This document shows positions 8,937 to 18,761 of a stretch of DNA of 64,000 nt, in pieces. Below the pieces are notes generated by a model. The model saw only the letters and a program-made list of their open reading frames with translations, had not been told where the DNA came from and ran no database searches. Within the stretch, counting starts at the first letter, position 1; every line of letters begins with the position of its first letter. The translations under genes were made by a program, and so were the position numbers. This DNA comes from Candidatus Krumholzibacteriota bacterium (GTDB taxonomy: Bacteria > Krumholzibacteriota > Krumholzibacteriia > JAJRXK01), in the NCBI GenBank assembly GCA_963764625.1, contig CAVXTH010000009.1:704001-768000 (forward strand), in the 5' to 3' direction.

Positions 8937-9646
8937 GCCCTGGCTTCCGCGATTTCGGAGAGGTGAACCGCCCAACCCGCGGCGTCGCGCTCAGAAGCAG
9001 GAGACTCTTCCACCTTGCGCCCACGATGGAGAATGACCGCCCGATCGCTCCAGCTCAGAACACGCTCGAGCTGATGGGTGGCGAGGATGATCGCGCGGCC
9101 CTTGTGCTTCTCGGCGCGCAGCCTTCCGGCCAGATCACGGCAGCCCGCCGCGTCGAGGCCGGTGAATGGTTCGTCGAGAATGAGCAAATCGGGTTCGTGC
9201 AAAAGGGCTCGCGCCAAGCTCAACCTCTGCCGCATTCCACGACTGAACCCACTCACGCGATCGTGCGCCCGGTGGTCGAGTTCCACCTCGGCGAGGGCCT
9301 CATCGGCAAGGTCCTTGATTTTGCTCAGGCCGAAGAGCGAACCGTAGTAGAGCAGGTTTTCGCGCGCGGTCAGTGCGTCATCGAGCAGAGTGGCATGGGC
9401 GACGTAGCCGATGCGGCGGCGAATCTCGGACGCACGCTTCCTCGGATCGAGATCGAAAATGGTGAGATCGCCCTCGGTGGGACGGTGCAGCGTGGCCAGG
9501 AGGGTCAGCAGAGTCGATTTTCCCGCGCCATTCGCCCCCAGAAGCGCAACCGCAGCTCCCGCCGCAAGTTCCAAGTCGACTTTTCTCAGGGCCCAGGAAC
9601 GCCCGTAGCGTCGGGATAGGCCGTGCGCCTGCAGAACGGAACTCAC
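8933..9646 (-). CDS. ccmA: Heme ABC exporter ATPase CcmA
   Basis: Walker A GANGAGKST, signature FSRGMRQR, LILDEPFTGLD, H-loop ATH; operon context. Confidence 0.92.
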   Translation of the reverse strand: MSSVLQAHGLSRRYGRSWALRKVDLELAAGAAVALLGANGAGKSTLLTLLATLHRPTEGDLTIFDLDPRKRASEIRRRIGYVAHATLLDDALTARENLLYYGSLFGLSKIKDLADEALAEVELDHRAHDRVSGFSRGMRQRLSLARALLHEPDLLILDEPFTGLDAAGCRDLAGRLRAEKHKGRAIILATHQLERVLSWSDRAVILHRGRKVEESPASERDAAGWAVHLSEIAEARA

Positions 9647-9647
9647 C

Positions 9648-10583
9648 TCAGGCCTTTCCCACCGGTTTGCGTCCAGCAGAGCCCTTGGCCTTGAGTGGGT
9701 TTCGCTTCAGCAGTCGTTCCCGTTGCTCGAGGAACGCTTCACGACTCAGATTGCCGCTCACGTAGCGGTCCTCGAGGTGTTGGAGATCCACTTGGCGCTT
9801 CGATTTCGCACTCTGGTCTCGCTGAGGGTCTCCGCGGAAGGAGACCGCGTACAGAAGGCCGGAGCCCAGGACCACCGCGAGGAAGAGGAAGATCAAGATC
9901 CGAGAGTGGGATTCCCCGAAGCGATTCGGTTTGATCATCACCTGCCACTTTTCCTCCTGGGCCGGAGGCGTGACGGTGGGGGGAGCGGCCGCGGTCGGAG
10001 GAGGAGCAGCGCTACCGCCGCTCAGGGCCAGATGGATCTGGCCCTTCTGGCTGAGCGCCGGGAGAGTGTAGGTGGCGAAGCCCGCCATCACCGAGCTGCT
10101 CTCCCGTTTGGCTCCACTTCCTTCGACCACCATGTCCATCGGCTGGACGAAGACGTTCAGAGTCGCGACGGGATAGTCGAAGCTGGGGCTGAAATCCAGC
10201 TTGCCCGGATACTTGGCGGAGTAACTGAGAGTGATCGAGGTTCTTCCCGGCACCAGTTTCGCGACTAACCCACGCCGGGTGGAACCGTCGCCCGCAACCG
10301 GAAGGTCCACCTGTCTGCGGCTGCCCTCTGAGCTCACCACCGCGGTGACTTTGCCCTCGATCTGGTAGGGAAGCTCGAAGGAAAGGCCGTTGCCGGACGG
10401 GCTCAACTCCTCATCTGAGGAGTTCGTGAAGGAGTACGCTTCTTTCACCAAGAGCTGGTCGCCATCGCGTTGCAAGGTCGCGCGATAGAAGGAAATCTCG
10501 ACCTCGCCGGCTGCCGCAACGCCGGTCGAAAGAAGCAGAAACGAAGCGGCCAAGAGCGTGCAAACGAGCTTGGGGAAACTCAC
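9648..10583 (-). CDS. Conserved-looking ccm-cluster protein: signal peptide, beta-rich periplasmic domain, Pro/Ala linker, TM helix, SHOCT-like tail
   Basis: Hydrophobic N-terminus ending AAA; SAAPPPTAAAPPT linker; TM ILIFLFLAVVLGSGLLYAV; LEDRYVSGNLSREAFLEQRERLL. Confidence 0.7.
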   Translation of the reverse strand: MSFPKLVCTLLAASFLLLSTGVAAAGEVEISFYRATLQRDGDQLLVKEAYSFTNSSDEELSPSGNGLSFELPYQIEGKVTAVVSSEGSRRQVDLPVAGDGSTRRGLVAKLVPGRTSITLSYSAKYPGKLDFSPSFDYPVATLNVFVQPMDMVVEGSGAKRESSSVMAGFATYTLPALSQKGQIHLALSGGSAAPPPTAAAPPTVTPPAQEEKWQVMIKPNRFGESHSRILIFLFLAVVLGSGLLYAVSFRGDPQRDQSAKSKRQVDLQHLEDRYVSGNLSREAFLEQRERLLKRNPLKAKGSAGRKPVGKA

Positions 10584-10596
10584 GAGCGTGTCCTTT

Positions 10597-11016
10597 TCAT
10601 CGATGCTGTGACACCTTCGTGCCGCAAGAGGAACAGAATCGATCCGCCCCGGTCAACGCCGTCCCGCACTGGGTGCAGAAGAGCCCCTTGGGCTTGGCCT
10701 TCTCTTTCGCGACTTCCCCTGGGGAGAGGAGATCGTTGCTCTCTCGCAGAAGATCGAGTTGTTCGAACGTCTCCATGGCCTGTCGTTTCAAATTCGCGCG
10801 CAGACTGGTGTAGTCTTCTTCGGACAGCTTGCCCATGTTGTATTCGAAATCGAGATCGTCGATGTTCTGCAGAAGAGTTTCCTTGCGCTGACCCAATCTT
10901 CCGATGGGCGTGTCGCTCTTGCTCGTCGTCAGGATCTGGAGATTTCCCCGCATGAACGGACGAAAGCAAAACGCGACCGAAACCACCGCGAGGAGGAGGA
11001 GCAGGAGTTCACTCAT
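10597..11016 (-). CDS. CcmI N-terminal-like membrane protein with a C-terminal double zinc ribbon
   Basis: N-terminal TM; LDFEYNMGKLSEEDY (CcmI/SHOCT-like); FCTQCG..FCSSCG; ATGA-coupled to ccmF. Confidence 0.75.
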   Translation of the reverse strand: MSELLLLLLAVVSVAFCFRPFMRGNLQILTTSKSDTPIGRLGQRKETLLQNIDDLDFEYNMGKLSEEDYTSLRANLKRQAMETFEQLDLLRESNDLLSPGEVAKEKAKPKGLFCTQCGTALTGADRFCSSCGTKVSQHR

Positions 11017-13001
11017 GCCTCGATCCATCCCTTCCGCGGAGGCAACAAGCAGAGCAGAGTGCCCAGCACCATGACGATGCCGCCCGTCCACAGCCACATC
11101 ACCAGCGGGTTGACATAGGCCTGGACGATCGCCTTGGTCTGATCTTCGTTGAGGCCGGCGAAGACGAGATAGAGATCATCACGGGTGGACGAGTGAATGG
11201 CCACCTCGCTGGTGGGTTGCTCACTCGCGTAGTAGAAGCGCTTCTCGGGAAATACCTTCCCCACCGGCGCTCCCGCCCTCGTGACGTCCATCGCGAGGAT
11301 TCCGGACCAGTAGTTGGGATTGGCCTCCGACTCGCGGATTTCGTTCAGATGAAGTGTATAGCCGCCAACCTTGAAACTCTCGCCCTCTCCGATGACTCCC
11401 TGGCTCTCCTTCACGAAAGCCGAGCCGGTGGCGCCGAGAAACACCAGTACCATCGCGAAGTGGACGATGTACCCGCCGTAGCGGCGGTTGTTCTTGCGGG
11501 TGAGGTTGATCAGAGCAGTGAAATAGTTTTCGCGAATCGTCTTGCGACGCGCGGTGACGCCCTTGTGAAATTCCTGCACGATGGTGAGCGTCACGAAAGT
11601 GCATAGCACCAGTGACAGCAACGCCCAGAATCCCCGCACTCCCAGAAGGTACAGGACGGGAGCCGAGACCACGGCGAGGGCCACCGGCATCGTGAAGTTC
11701 TTGCGCAGGCTCTTGCCGCTGGTTCTGCGGTAGGCGAGTAGCGGGCCCACCCCGACGAGAAAGAGCAATAAGAGACCAATGGGCACTTCCACCATGTTGA
11801 AGTACGAGGGACCCACCGTGACGTTCGTGCCGGTAAACAACTCGCTCAGAATGGGGAAGACGGTTCCGAAGAGTACGCTGAAGGTCGCGGCCAAGAGGAC
11901 CAGGTTGTTGAACAGGAAGCCGCTCTCCCGGCTCACCATGCTGTCGAGTTTGTTCTCGCTCTTGAGGTAGGGCAGGCGCGAGATGATCAGAGCGGTGATG
12001 CCGGCCAGCACGATGAGAATGAAGGTGGCGAAGGGGACGCCGATGTTCGAGCGCGCGAAGGAGTGAACACTGCTCACCACGCCGCTGCGGGTGAGGAAAG
12101 TGCCCAGGATCACTAGGAGATAGGTGACGGAGATCAGCGATACGTTCCAGACCTTCAGCATCCCCCGCTTCTCCTGCAGGATCACCGAATGCAGGAAGGC
12201 GGTGCCGGCGAGCCAGGGCATGAGAGAAGCGTTCTCGACCGGGTCCCAGCCCCAGTAGCCACCCCATCCCAGCTCCATGTAGGCCCATTTGGCCCCCATG
12301 ATGATTCCCACGCCCAAGAAGAGCCAGGTGAATAAAGTCCAACGTCGAATGGTGACGACCCAGGCGCTTCCGAGCTGCCGGGTGATCAGGGCCGCCACGC
12401 AGAACGCGAAGGGCACCACGAAACCGGTGTACCCGATGTAGAGAATGGGCGGGTGAATCACCATCCAGTAATTCTGCAGCAACGGGTTGAGTCCGTTTCC
12501 GTCGGCCGGAGCCCAGGCACGAGCGGCGCCGGTGGTCTGCGAGACGGCAAAGAGCTGCTGAAAGGGATTGCTGGCGAAATTGTTCAGACAGAGAAAGAAC
12601 ACCGCGGTTCCCATCATGACCGCGGTCGCGATGGGAAGAAGCCGGTTGTGGCGGTCCTTCTGGGTAAGCACCGCCGCGACCGAATACGCACTCACGCACC
12701 AGGTCCACAGCAGCAGCGAACCCGACTGGCCGGCCCAGAGCGAGCCCATCTTGTAGAAGAGAGGCAGGTCACGGTTGCTCTCGCTCGCGACGTAGGCGAA
12801 GTGAAACTGATCGGTCACGAGCAGCGTGACGAGCATTACCATGGCCAGACTGACCATGGCGAACACGACGCCCACCGCGCGCTGACCGCTCTCGGTAAGA
12901 CGGCCGTTATCGCGCATCGATCCCAGGACCGAACTCAGCACCGCGTAGACCGCGAATGCCAGCGCAGCCATCAAGGCTACATTCCCGATGTCAGCAATCA
13001 T
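11013..13001 (-). CDS. ccmF: Cytochrome c heme lyase CcmF
   Basis: WAGQSGSLLLW, GLNPLLQ..IHPP, WGGYWGWDPVENAS, FLH, SVHSF, GGYIVH. Confidence 0.96.
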   Translation of the reverse strand: MIADIGNVALMAALAFAVYAVLSSVLGSMRDNGRLTESGQRAVGVVFAMVSLAMVMLVTLLVTDQFHFAYVASESNRDLPLFYKMGSLWAGQSGSLLLWTWCVSAYSVAAVLTQKDRHNRLLPIATAVMMGTAVFFLCLNNFASNPFQQLFAVSQTTGAARAWAPADGNGLNPLLQNYWMVIHPPILYIGYTGFVVPFAFCVAALITRQLGSAWVVTIRRWTLFTWLFLGVGIIMGAKWAYMELGWGGYWGWDPVENASLMPWLAGTAFLHSVILQEKRGMLKVWNVSLISVTYLLVILGTFLTRSGVVSSVHSFARSNIGVPFATFILIVLAGITALIISRLPYLKSENKLDSMVSRESGFLFNNLVLLAATFSVLFGTVFPILSELFTGTNVTVGPSYFNMVEVPIGLLLLFLVGVGPLLAYRRTSGKSLRKNFTMPVALAVVSAPVLYLLGVRGFWALLSLVLCTFVTLTIVQEFHKGVTARRKTIRENYFTALINLTRKNNRRYGGYIVHFAMVLVFLGATGSAFVKESQGVIGEGESFKVGGYTLHLNEIRESEANPNYWSGILAMDVTRAGAPVGKVFPEKRFYYASEQPTSEVAIHSSTRDDLYLVFAGLNEDQTKAIVQAYVNPLVMWLWTGGIVMVLGTLLCLLPPRKGWIEA

Positions 13002-13051
13002 GAGGAGATGACTCCGTGCGATGAATTGGGGAATCCCACTCTTTCAAGACC

Positions 13052-13471
13052 CTAGGCGCTATCCCCGGTAGGCTTGGCCGCTTCGGGGCCGTAGTCGGCT
13101 TCGTACTTGGAGGCACACTTGGCCTGGATTTTCTGCCCGACGAAGACACCCTGCTCGTTCAAGGTCCCATCTACCACCGCCTGCACGCCGTCCTTGAAGG
13201 TGTCGGGAACCGGGTCGGAACCCACGTAGCGCACTGGATAGTGAGCGCCCTCGTACTCGAGGGTGAACTGCAGGATATGGCCATCACGGCGAATCGAACC
13301 GTTTTTGACCACTCCTGCGATCTTGATCGGATGGCCCACGGCTCTGCTGCCCATTTCGGCGACTTCATCACAGGTGTGATAGTAGCGCTTGCCCTTCTGG
13401 AAGCCCTGGACGGAAAGATAGGCCACGGCTGCCACGATGAGGCAGATTCCGATGAGGAAACGGAACTTCAT
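13052..13471 (-). CDS. ccmE: Heme chaperone CcmE, Cys variant (CxxxY)
   Basis: N-terminal anchor, GVVKNGSI, PDTFKDG, AKCASKY; AGGAGG RBS before ATG at 13471. Confidence 0.93.
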   Translation of the reverse strand: MKFRFLIGICLIVAAVAYLSVQGFQKGKRYYHTCDEVAEMGSRAVGHPIKIAGVVKNGSIRRDGHILQFTLEYEGAHYPVRYVGSDPVPDTFKDGVQAVVDGTLNEQGVFVGQKIQAKCASKYEADYGPEAAKPTGDSA

Positions 13472-13526
13472 GATCGAAGGTCCTCCTTTCGGGCCACGCC
13501 GAAAGAGGCAGGGGGAATCCAGCGCC

Positions 13527-13555
13527 AATATAGGCGGGTGGGGGGTCCTTTCCAA
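13527..13555 (-). promoter_or_regulatory. sigma70-like promoter of the ccm operon
   Basis: TTGGAA-N17-TATATT, 55 nt upstream of ccmE. Confidence 0.5.
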
Positions 13556-13701
13556 CGGCTTCTTGGCCAAAAAGGAGGCCGTCTGCCGAGCTTGGCATTC
13601 GCGCGCGCGCGCCAGCGCGTCCGAGCGCCTTGCGGAGGCAACGGCGATCCGTCTACAATCGAAGTCAGGATAAGATCATCTCCAGCAAACGGCATCATTT
13701 C

Positions 13702-16700
13702 ATGCATTCGCATCGCCTTACGCCTCCGTGCTTTCCCGGGGCACGGAGGGGACTTTGGTTCCTCTTGCTCCTTCTTGCGATCGGAGCGCGTCCCGCCGCG
13801 GCGGGCGGGGAGAGCTGGCGCGCGCGGATTCTGAATGCCTCGGGCTGGGGCCCCTGGATCGCGCTGGGCCCCAAGGAGCTGCCCGAGCGACTTCCGGCTC
13901 CCGGCGCGCTCTTGTCTCGTCTCGAAGTCTTGATCCCCGCGGGGGCGGAGGCAGTGGAGATGATGGGCACCCGCCGGGGCGAAGAGGGCGAGCTGCGCCG
14001 GGTCAGCCTTTGGCGAGCGCCGCAAGGTTCTCCCCGCACGCTTCGTCTGGGTGTTTCGGGCACCTCGGCCGAAATGACCGCCGGCACGCAGCCGATGGGA
14101 ACAATCGAGGCGACGCCGATTGGCCCACCGCTTCCCGCCGCCACCTCGACGATCGCGGGCACGCTGCTCTACCGCGACCGGATCTTCGACCTCTCAGGGT
14201 ACACCGGGGCCACGCGCTCTCTACCTCTGCGTCATCTTCGGGTCGAGCTCACGCGGGCGGCGGACGATTCGCTGCTCGCATCGACCAGTAGCGCCGCCGA
14301 CGGGAGTTTCTCGCTCGCTTTCGAACCGGCGGCGCCGATGGACGTGCGGATTCGTATTCGCAGCGAGGTGGAAGGCCTGCCGGGGGTCCAGGCTCGAGTT
14401 CTGGATCAAGCGGGACCCGGCGGAGATCTGAGTCAAGCGCAGACTCTGTCTCGCGAGGTGATTCAAATCACCGGCGTAGGTCCCGGCATCAGCCTCGATC
14501 TTTCGAGTTTGCTTCTGAGCGACGATCAGAGCAACGACACCCTCGGGGCGTTCAATCTACTGGATTGTCTCCTGGACGCGGTCGAGTTGCTTCAAGAGCC
14601 GGGCTGGCTCGCCACGGCTCCCTCCGCGATGCCGCCGGCCATCTGGTCCCCTTCCTCTACCCAGGGATTCAGCAGCTATCAGGATGGGGTGCTTCGCATC
14701 GCCAGTCCGGCCGGAGGCGATGACGACTCGTGGTCGGACAGCGTCGCTTTGGCTCTGCTGGGTGAGTGGTTCCTGCAGACCTACGGAAGGGTGGATCTCA
14801 GTCTGGGCTTCTCTGGTCTCGACCTCGACCGCGATCCGCTGAGCTCGTTCGGAGACGGGGCGGCCCTCGTCTTCGCCTCTCTGGTGCGCCAGCACCGCGC
14901 TCTCACCCGCCAGGACGACAACGGCCAGCCGGCAGACAGGAAAGTCAGTGTTTTCGCCGACCTGAGTTTTCCCCCGCCTTTGGGCTTTCCGGGTTCGGCG
15001 CAGGATGGCTTCAACCTGGAGACCAGGACGTTGAGTTACGGCGGCAGCATCGCTCCCCGCGGTCAGCGCTCGTTGAGCAATGTCGCCGCCATGCTGTGGG
15101 ACCTCGTCGACGACGTGAACACACCGGACGGCGTTGCGCAGGACGACGACCCGCGCTCGGACGCCGCTGTGGATGGCGGCGCGCGCTTCTTCCAGATCAC
15201 GACCAGTGACCTGGTGGCATTGCCTCCTGCGCAAGCCATCAGTTACGAGGGCTTTCATGAAGCCTACAGGAGCGAGTACGGCGAAGATGCGGCCCTCTTT
15301 CAAATCGCGGTGACGGAGGGCAGGACGGCTCTCTTCGACGACGCCTTCGAGCCGGATGACGATTGGCAGCAGCTGGCCGCCGAGACTCCCTGGGTACAGC
15401 CTGAGCCCTTGGCGGACGCCGGTGTCGTGATCGGCGAGCTCTTCTTGGGCGATTCCGACTGGGTCGAGCTGACGAATGCCGGCCAAAGCGCGGTCTCCTT
15501 GCAGGGCTGGAGCGTGATGGCGCACCGCAACGGTTTCAGCACCGGAAGCGAACGGATCGCCACCCTTCCCGCCGGTTTCGTGCTGCTGCCGGGTCGCAGC
15601 GTGGTGCTGCACGAGGGCGGATCGGTTTCCGCCGACACCGAGCTCGATCTCTTCTTTCCCAGCTGGAGCATCCCATGGAAAGAGGGAGCGGACGGTGCTT
15701 GCACTGTTCTGGACGATGCGACGAACGCGGTCGACTTCCTCCGTTGGGACGGAGACCAGTCCAGCGGAGAATCGGTGCCCCCCGGGATCGCCTTCATCGG
15801 TACCCTGAACTCTCCTGGGTTCGCAAGCTCCCTCGCCCGCGACAGTCTCGCCACCGACACGGACGCCGCGGCGGACTTTCAAGCCAGAGCGCCCACTCCT
15901 CGCGCGCCCAACGCCTCGTTCATGGGGCTCCACACGCTCAGGCCCCGGGGCGATTCGGACCATCTGCGTCTGAGCCTGATGCAAGATGATCTCTGCTATC
16001 TGCTGGTGGCCGGCGAGAGGGAGGCGCCGCTGAGCACAGTGAGTCTGCTGGATTCCCTGGGGACCATGGTGGAACAGGCCGATTCCATTCCCGGCGCGAA
16101 CCACTCGACCCTCATGAAATTCACCGAGGGTTCGGGCGGAGAGCGCAACTTCGAATTGAAGGAAAAGTCCTCTATCCGCATCGCCACCGCGGTGAGCTGG
16201 GGGGCCTGGATCCCCTGGGGTGCGGTGGTCGTGCACGCGGTGCAGGATCTCAGGGCGACCCCGCACCTGGAGAGCCTCGTAGACGATCCGGTCGACCTGA
16301 GCTGGACGAACGACGGAGACTACGATTCGCTGCAGATCACCCTGGATACCGTGCCGATCGCGACGGTGCCGGATACGACGCAGTACTTCGAGACCCAGGT
16401 CGCGGCGGGGCACCACCTCTTTGACGTAGTGCCCTGGTTTACCGGAGCTTCAGGGCCAAAGAGAAGCGCGAGTGTCTTCGTGGGGAGCACTCCGTGTTCG
16501 GTCGGCACGGGTTTCGAACCCAGCGACCCCTCGCTGCTCAATTTGACCGGATTTGCCGTCGTCGATAAGAATTTCAGCGGCACCAAGGCGCTCTTGGATC
16601 ACGCCGACATCGCCATGGCCTACTCACCCGACGACACCGCGGTGGCCGAGCTCCAAGACCCGGTGGATTTGACTTCGCAGAGCGTCTTGAACTTCACGCA

Positions 16701-18144
16701 CGCGGCTCATCTCGCGCTCGACGGGGACTACGCAGCGGTCGAGCTGAGCGTGGACGACGGGGGGCATTGGCAGGAAATCGCGCGGTACCTGGGGAGCGAT
16801 CACGACGGCTCGGACGGAGCGGATTGGACGGATTTCATACTGCAACCCGGGGACTGGATCAGCGAGAGTCTCGACCTCTCCGCCTACGCGGGAGAACGCG
16901 CGCGCATTCGATTCGTCAGGGTCAGCGATGCCTCCGGGGTGAGCCTGGGCTGGATCATCGATGATGTCTTCTTCGGCACGGATTGCGGCACGACCCTCTG
17001 GGTCAGCAACGCGGGCAGCGACGATTTCGGCTGCGGGCACCCGGAGAGACCCTTCGCGTCCATCTCCGTCGCCGCGGCGGCGAGCGCGGTGGGGGACACC
17101 ATTCATCTGGCGGCGGGCAACTACTCCGCCACCGTCGACCTTCTGCTCGATGGTTCGCAGCGTCCGGTGAATGCCGCGCTTCCAGGGGGCCGTTCGCTGG
17201 TGGGAGAGGGGATGGGCGCAAGCGTGCTCCAGGTGGCTCCACTCGGCACGGGAATCTACGCGGGGCCGGCTTCCGGTTGGGCACAGGGCGATAGCGCCGT
17301 CGTGCGCGGGCTCAGTCTGCAGACGGGAAGTCGCGGTCTGCGCGTCGACGAGGGCAGCGTGCGCGTCGAGGACCTGGGCTTTGTCGGGCAGGGGACCGCC
17401 ATCCTCGTAGAGGGAGGCAGTGCCGAGATCGAGAGGGCCTTCATCACGGAGGCCGGCCGGGTCGCGAGGCAGGCGGCGGGAAGCCTCGCCCTGAGACACT
17501 GCACAGTCACGGGCATGGAGCGGGCGCTCTTCGTGCAGTACGGCGCCGATTCCACCACGATCGAAACGAGCATCTTCAGCCAGATTTCCGAGTCTGTGAT
17601 CGAACTCGAGGTGGGCGCACCGTTGCCGACCATTGACTGCAACGATTTCTACGGGCTCTCACAGAGCCAGCAGAGCTTCGTGGGATTGGACGATCCGCGG
17701 GGGGTCGATGGCAACTTGGCGGTGCCTCCCTACTATTGCGATCCCTATGCGGGCGATTATCAGCTCTCACAGGAATCACCGCTCCTGAACGCGTCCGGGT
17801 GCGGTCTCATCGGAGCGTTCGGGGAGGGCTGTGCTCTCACCGCGGTGAGCGCGCCGCCTTCGCTCGGTTTCACGCGGATCCTCTCGAATCAGCCCAATCC
17901 ATTCAACCCGAGCACGAGAATTCGGTTCGAACTCGCCTATTCCGGCCGGGTCGAGATGAAGATCTACGACGCCCGAGGCCGGGAGCTCACGACTCTGCTT
18001 TCGCAGAAGCTCACCGCCGGAAAGCACTTCGTGGACTGGAACGGGCGGGACTCGCGAGGAAGGCCACTGGCCAGTGGCGTCTACTATCTGCGTCTCTCCG
18101 CCGCGGGAGCCGTTTCCACCCGGGCGCTCGTGCTCTTGAAATGA
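13702..18144 (+). CDS. Large secreted multidomain protein: degenerate zincin-like domain, lamin-tail domain, Fn3-like, jelly-roll, beta-helix and FlgD-Ig/T9SS-like CTD
   Basis: Signal peptide; LTD (VVIGELFLGDSDWVELTN..SLQGW); jelly roll (VELSVDDGGHW..DLSAYAG..GWIIDDV); WVSNAGSD..PFASI then a beta-helix; NQPNPFNPST..IYDARGR..WNGRD..ASGVY..VLLK. The start codon is uncertain. Confidence 0.8.
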   Translation: MHSHRLTPPCFPGARRGLWFLLLLLAIGARPAAAGGESWRARILNASGWGPWIALGPKELPERLPAPGALLSRLEVLIPAGAEAVEMMGTRRGEEGELRRVSLWRAPQGSPRTLRLGVSGTSAEMTAGTQPMGTIEATPIGPPLPAATSTIAGTLLYRDRIFDLSGYTGATRSLPLRHLRVELTRAADDSLLASTSSAADGSFSLAFEPAAPMDVRIRIRSEVEGLPGVQARVLDQAGPGGDLSQAQTLSREVIQITGVGPGISLDLSSLLLSDDQSNDTLGAFNLLDCLLDAVELLQEPGWLATAPSAMPPAIWSPSSTQGFSSYQDGVLRIASPAGGDDDSWSDSVALALLGEWFLQTYGRVDLSLGFSGLDLDRDPLSSFGDGAALVFASLVRQHRALTRQDDNGQPADRKVSVFADLSFPPPLGFPGSAQDGFNLETRTLSYGGSIAPRGQRSLSNVAAMLWDLVDDVNTPDGVAQDDDPRSDAAVDGGARFFQITTSDLVALPPAQAISYEGFHEAYRSEYGEDAALFQIAVTEGRTALFDDAFEPDDDWQQLAAETPWVQPEPLADAGVVIGELFLGDSDWVELTNAGQSAVSLQGWSVMAHRNGFSTGSERIATLPAGFVLLPGRSVVLHEGGSVSADTELDLFFPSWSIPWKEGADGACTVLDDATNAVDFLRWDGDQSSGESVPPGIAFIGTLNSPGFASSLARDSLATDTDAAADFQARAPTPRAPNASFMGLHTLRPRGDSDHLRLSLMQDDLCYLLVAGEREAPLSTVSLLDSLGTMVEQADSIPGANHSTLMKFTEGSGGERNFELKEKSSIRIATAVSWGAWIPWGAVVVHAVQDLRATPHLESLVDDPVDLSWTNDGDYDSLQITLDTVPIATVPDTTQYFETQVAAGHHLFDVVPWFTGASGPKRSASVFVGSTPCSVGTGFEPSDPSLLNLTGFAVVDKNFSGTKALLDHADIAMAYSPDDTAVAELQDPVDLTSQSVLNFTHAAHLALDGDYAAVELSVDDGGHWQEIARYLGSDHDGSDGADWTDFILQPGDWISESLDLSAYAGERARIRFVRVSDASGVSLGWIIDDVFFGTDCGTTLWVSNAGSDDFGCGHPERPFASISVAAAASAVGDTIHLAAGNYSATVDLLLDGSQRPVNAALPGGRSLVGEGMGASVLQVAPLGTGIYAGPASGWAQGDSAVVRGLSLQTGSRGLRVDEGSVRVEDLGFVGQGTAILVEGGSAEIERAFITEAGRVARQAAGSLALRHCTVTGMERALFVQYGADSTTIETSIFSQISESVIELEVGAPLPTIDCNDFYGLSQSQQSFVGLDDPRGVDGNLAVPPYYCDPYAGDYQLSQESPLLNASGCGLIGAFGEGCALTAVSAPPSLGFTRILSNQPNPFNPSTRIRFELAYSGRVEMKIYDARGRELTTLLSQKLTAGKHFVDWNGRDSRGRPLASGVYYLRLSAAGAVSTRALVLLK

Positions 18145-18162
18145 GCCGGCGCGTGCGGGTCG

Positions 18163-18609
18163 TCAATGCAAAGTGAAGCGCCCCACCCAGTCCCGATTCT
18201 CCGCGAGCTCATCTTCGAGTTGCGTCGGCGACGCTTTCCGCGGGCGCGACCAGCACAGACCATATTCACCGTTTCCCAGGCCCGCGAGTGGAACCACGAG
18301 CCAGTCGCCCTGCGCGGCTCGCTCCGCACCCCAGCGTAGGAGGGTCTTGGTCGACAGAATCTGGCGCAGCTCCAGTGACCCGTCTCCTTGCTCGGAAAGG
18401 TGGACGAGGAGATAGTCCTGTTTCGCGTCGACCGCGAACTCGGAATCCGGCTGCGCGCGCAGATCGAGAACGGTGGTGACCCGGCGCGGAACGAGTTGCT
18501 GATTGTGGCGGCGCGCGAGATCGAACCCTCTCAGCAGGTTCAGGCCCAGCGCCAAAAGAAGCAGAAGGAGAAAATAGAGTGGAAAATCGATCCTGCGGGA
18601 AAGGAACAT
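18163..18609 (-). CDS. Hypothetical membrane-anchored protein
   Basis: GAGG upstream of ATG, strong N-terminal TM segment, fills the intergenic gap. Confidence 0.55.
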   Translation of the reverse strand: MFLSRRIDFPLYFLLLLLLALGLNLLRGFDLARRHNQQLVPRRVTTVLDLRAQPDSEFAVDAKQDYLLVHLSEQGDGSLELRQILSTKTLLRWGAERAAQGDWLVVPLAGLGNGEYGLCWSRPRKASPTQLEDELAENRDWVGRFTLH

Positions 18610-18761
18610 GACTGCCTCGCGGGGGGGAGAGCGGAGCGCGCGCCGCTGCTACGACCGCCACTTGGAACGATGGAGTGGAGATCGAATCGAGTAAAACCCA
18701 CCTAGGCAGAGTGGACAAGCTTCCATTAAGCTGTTCAAGCCTTTCTTAAGGAGGAAGGAAA

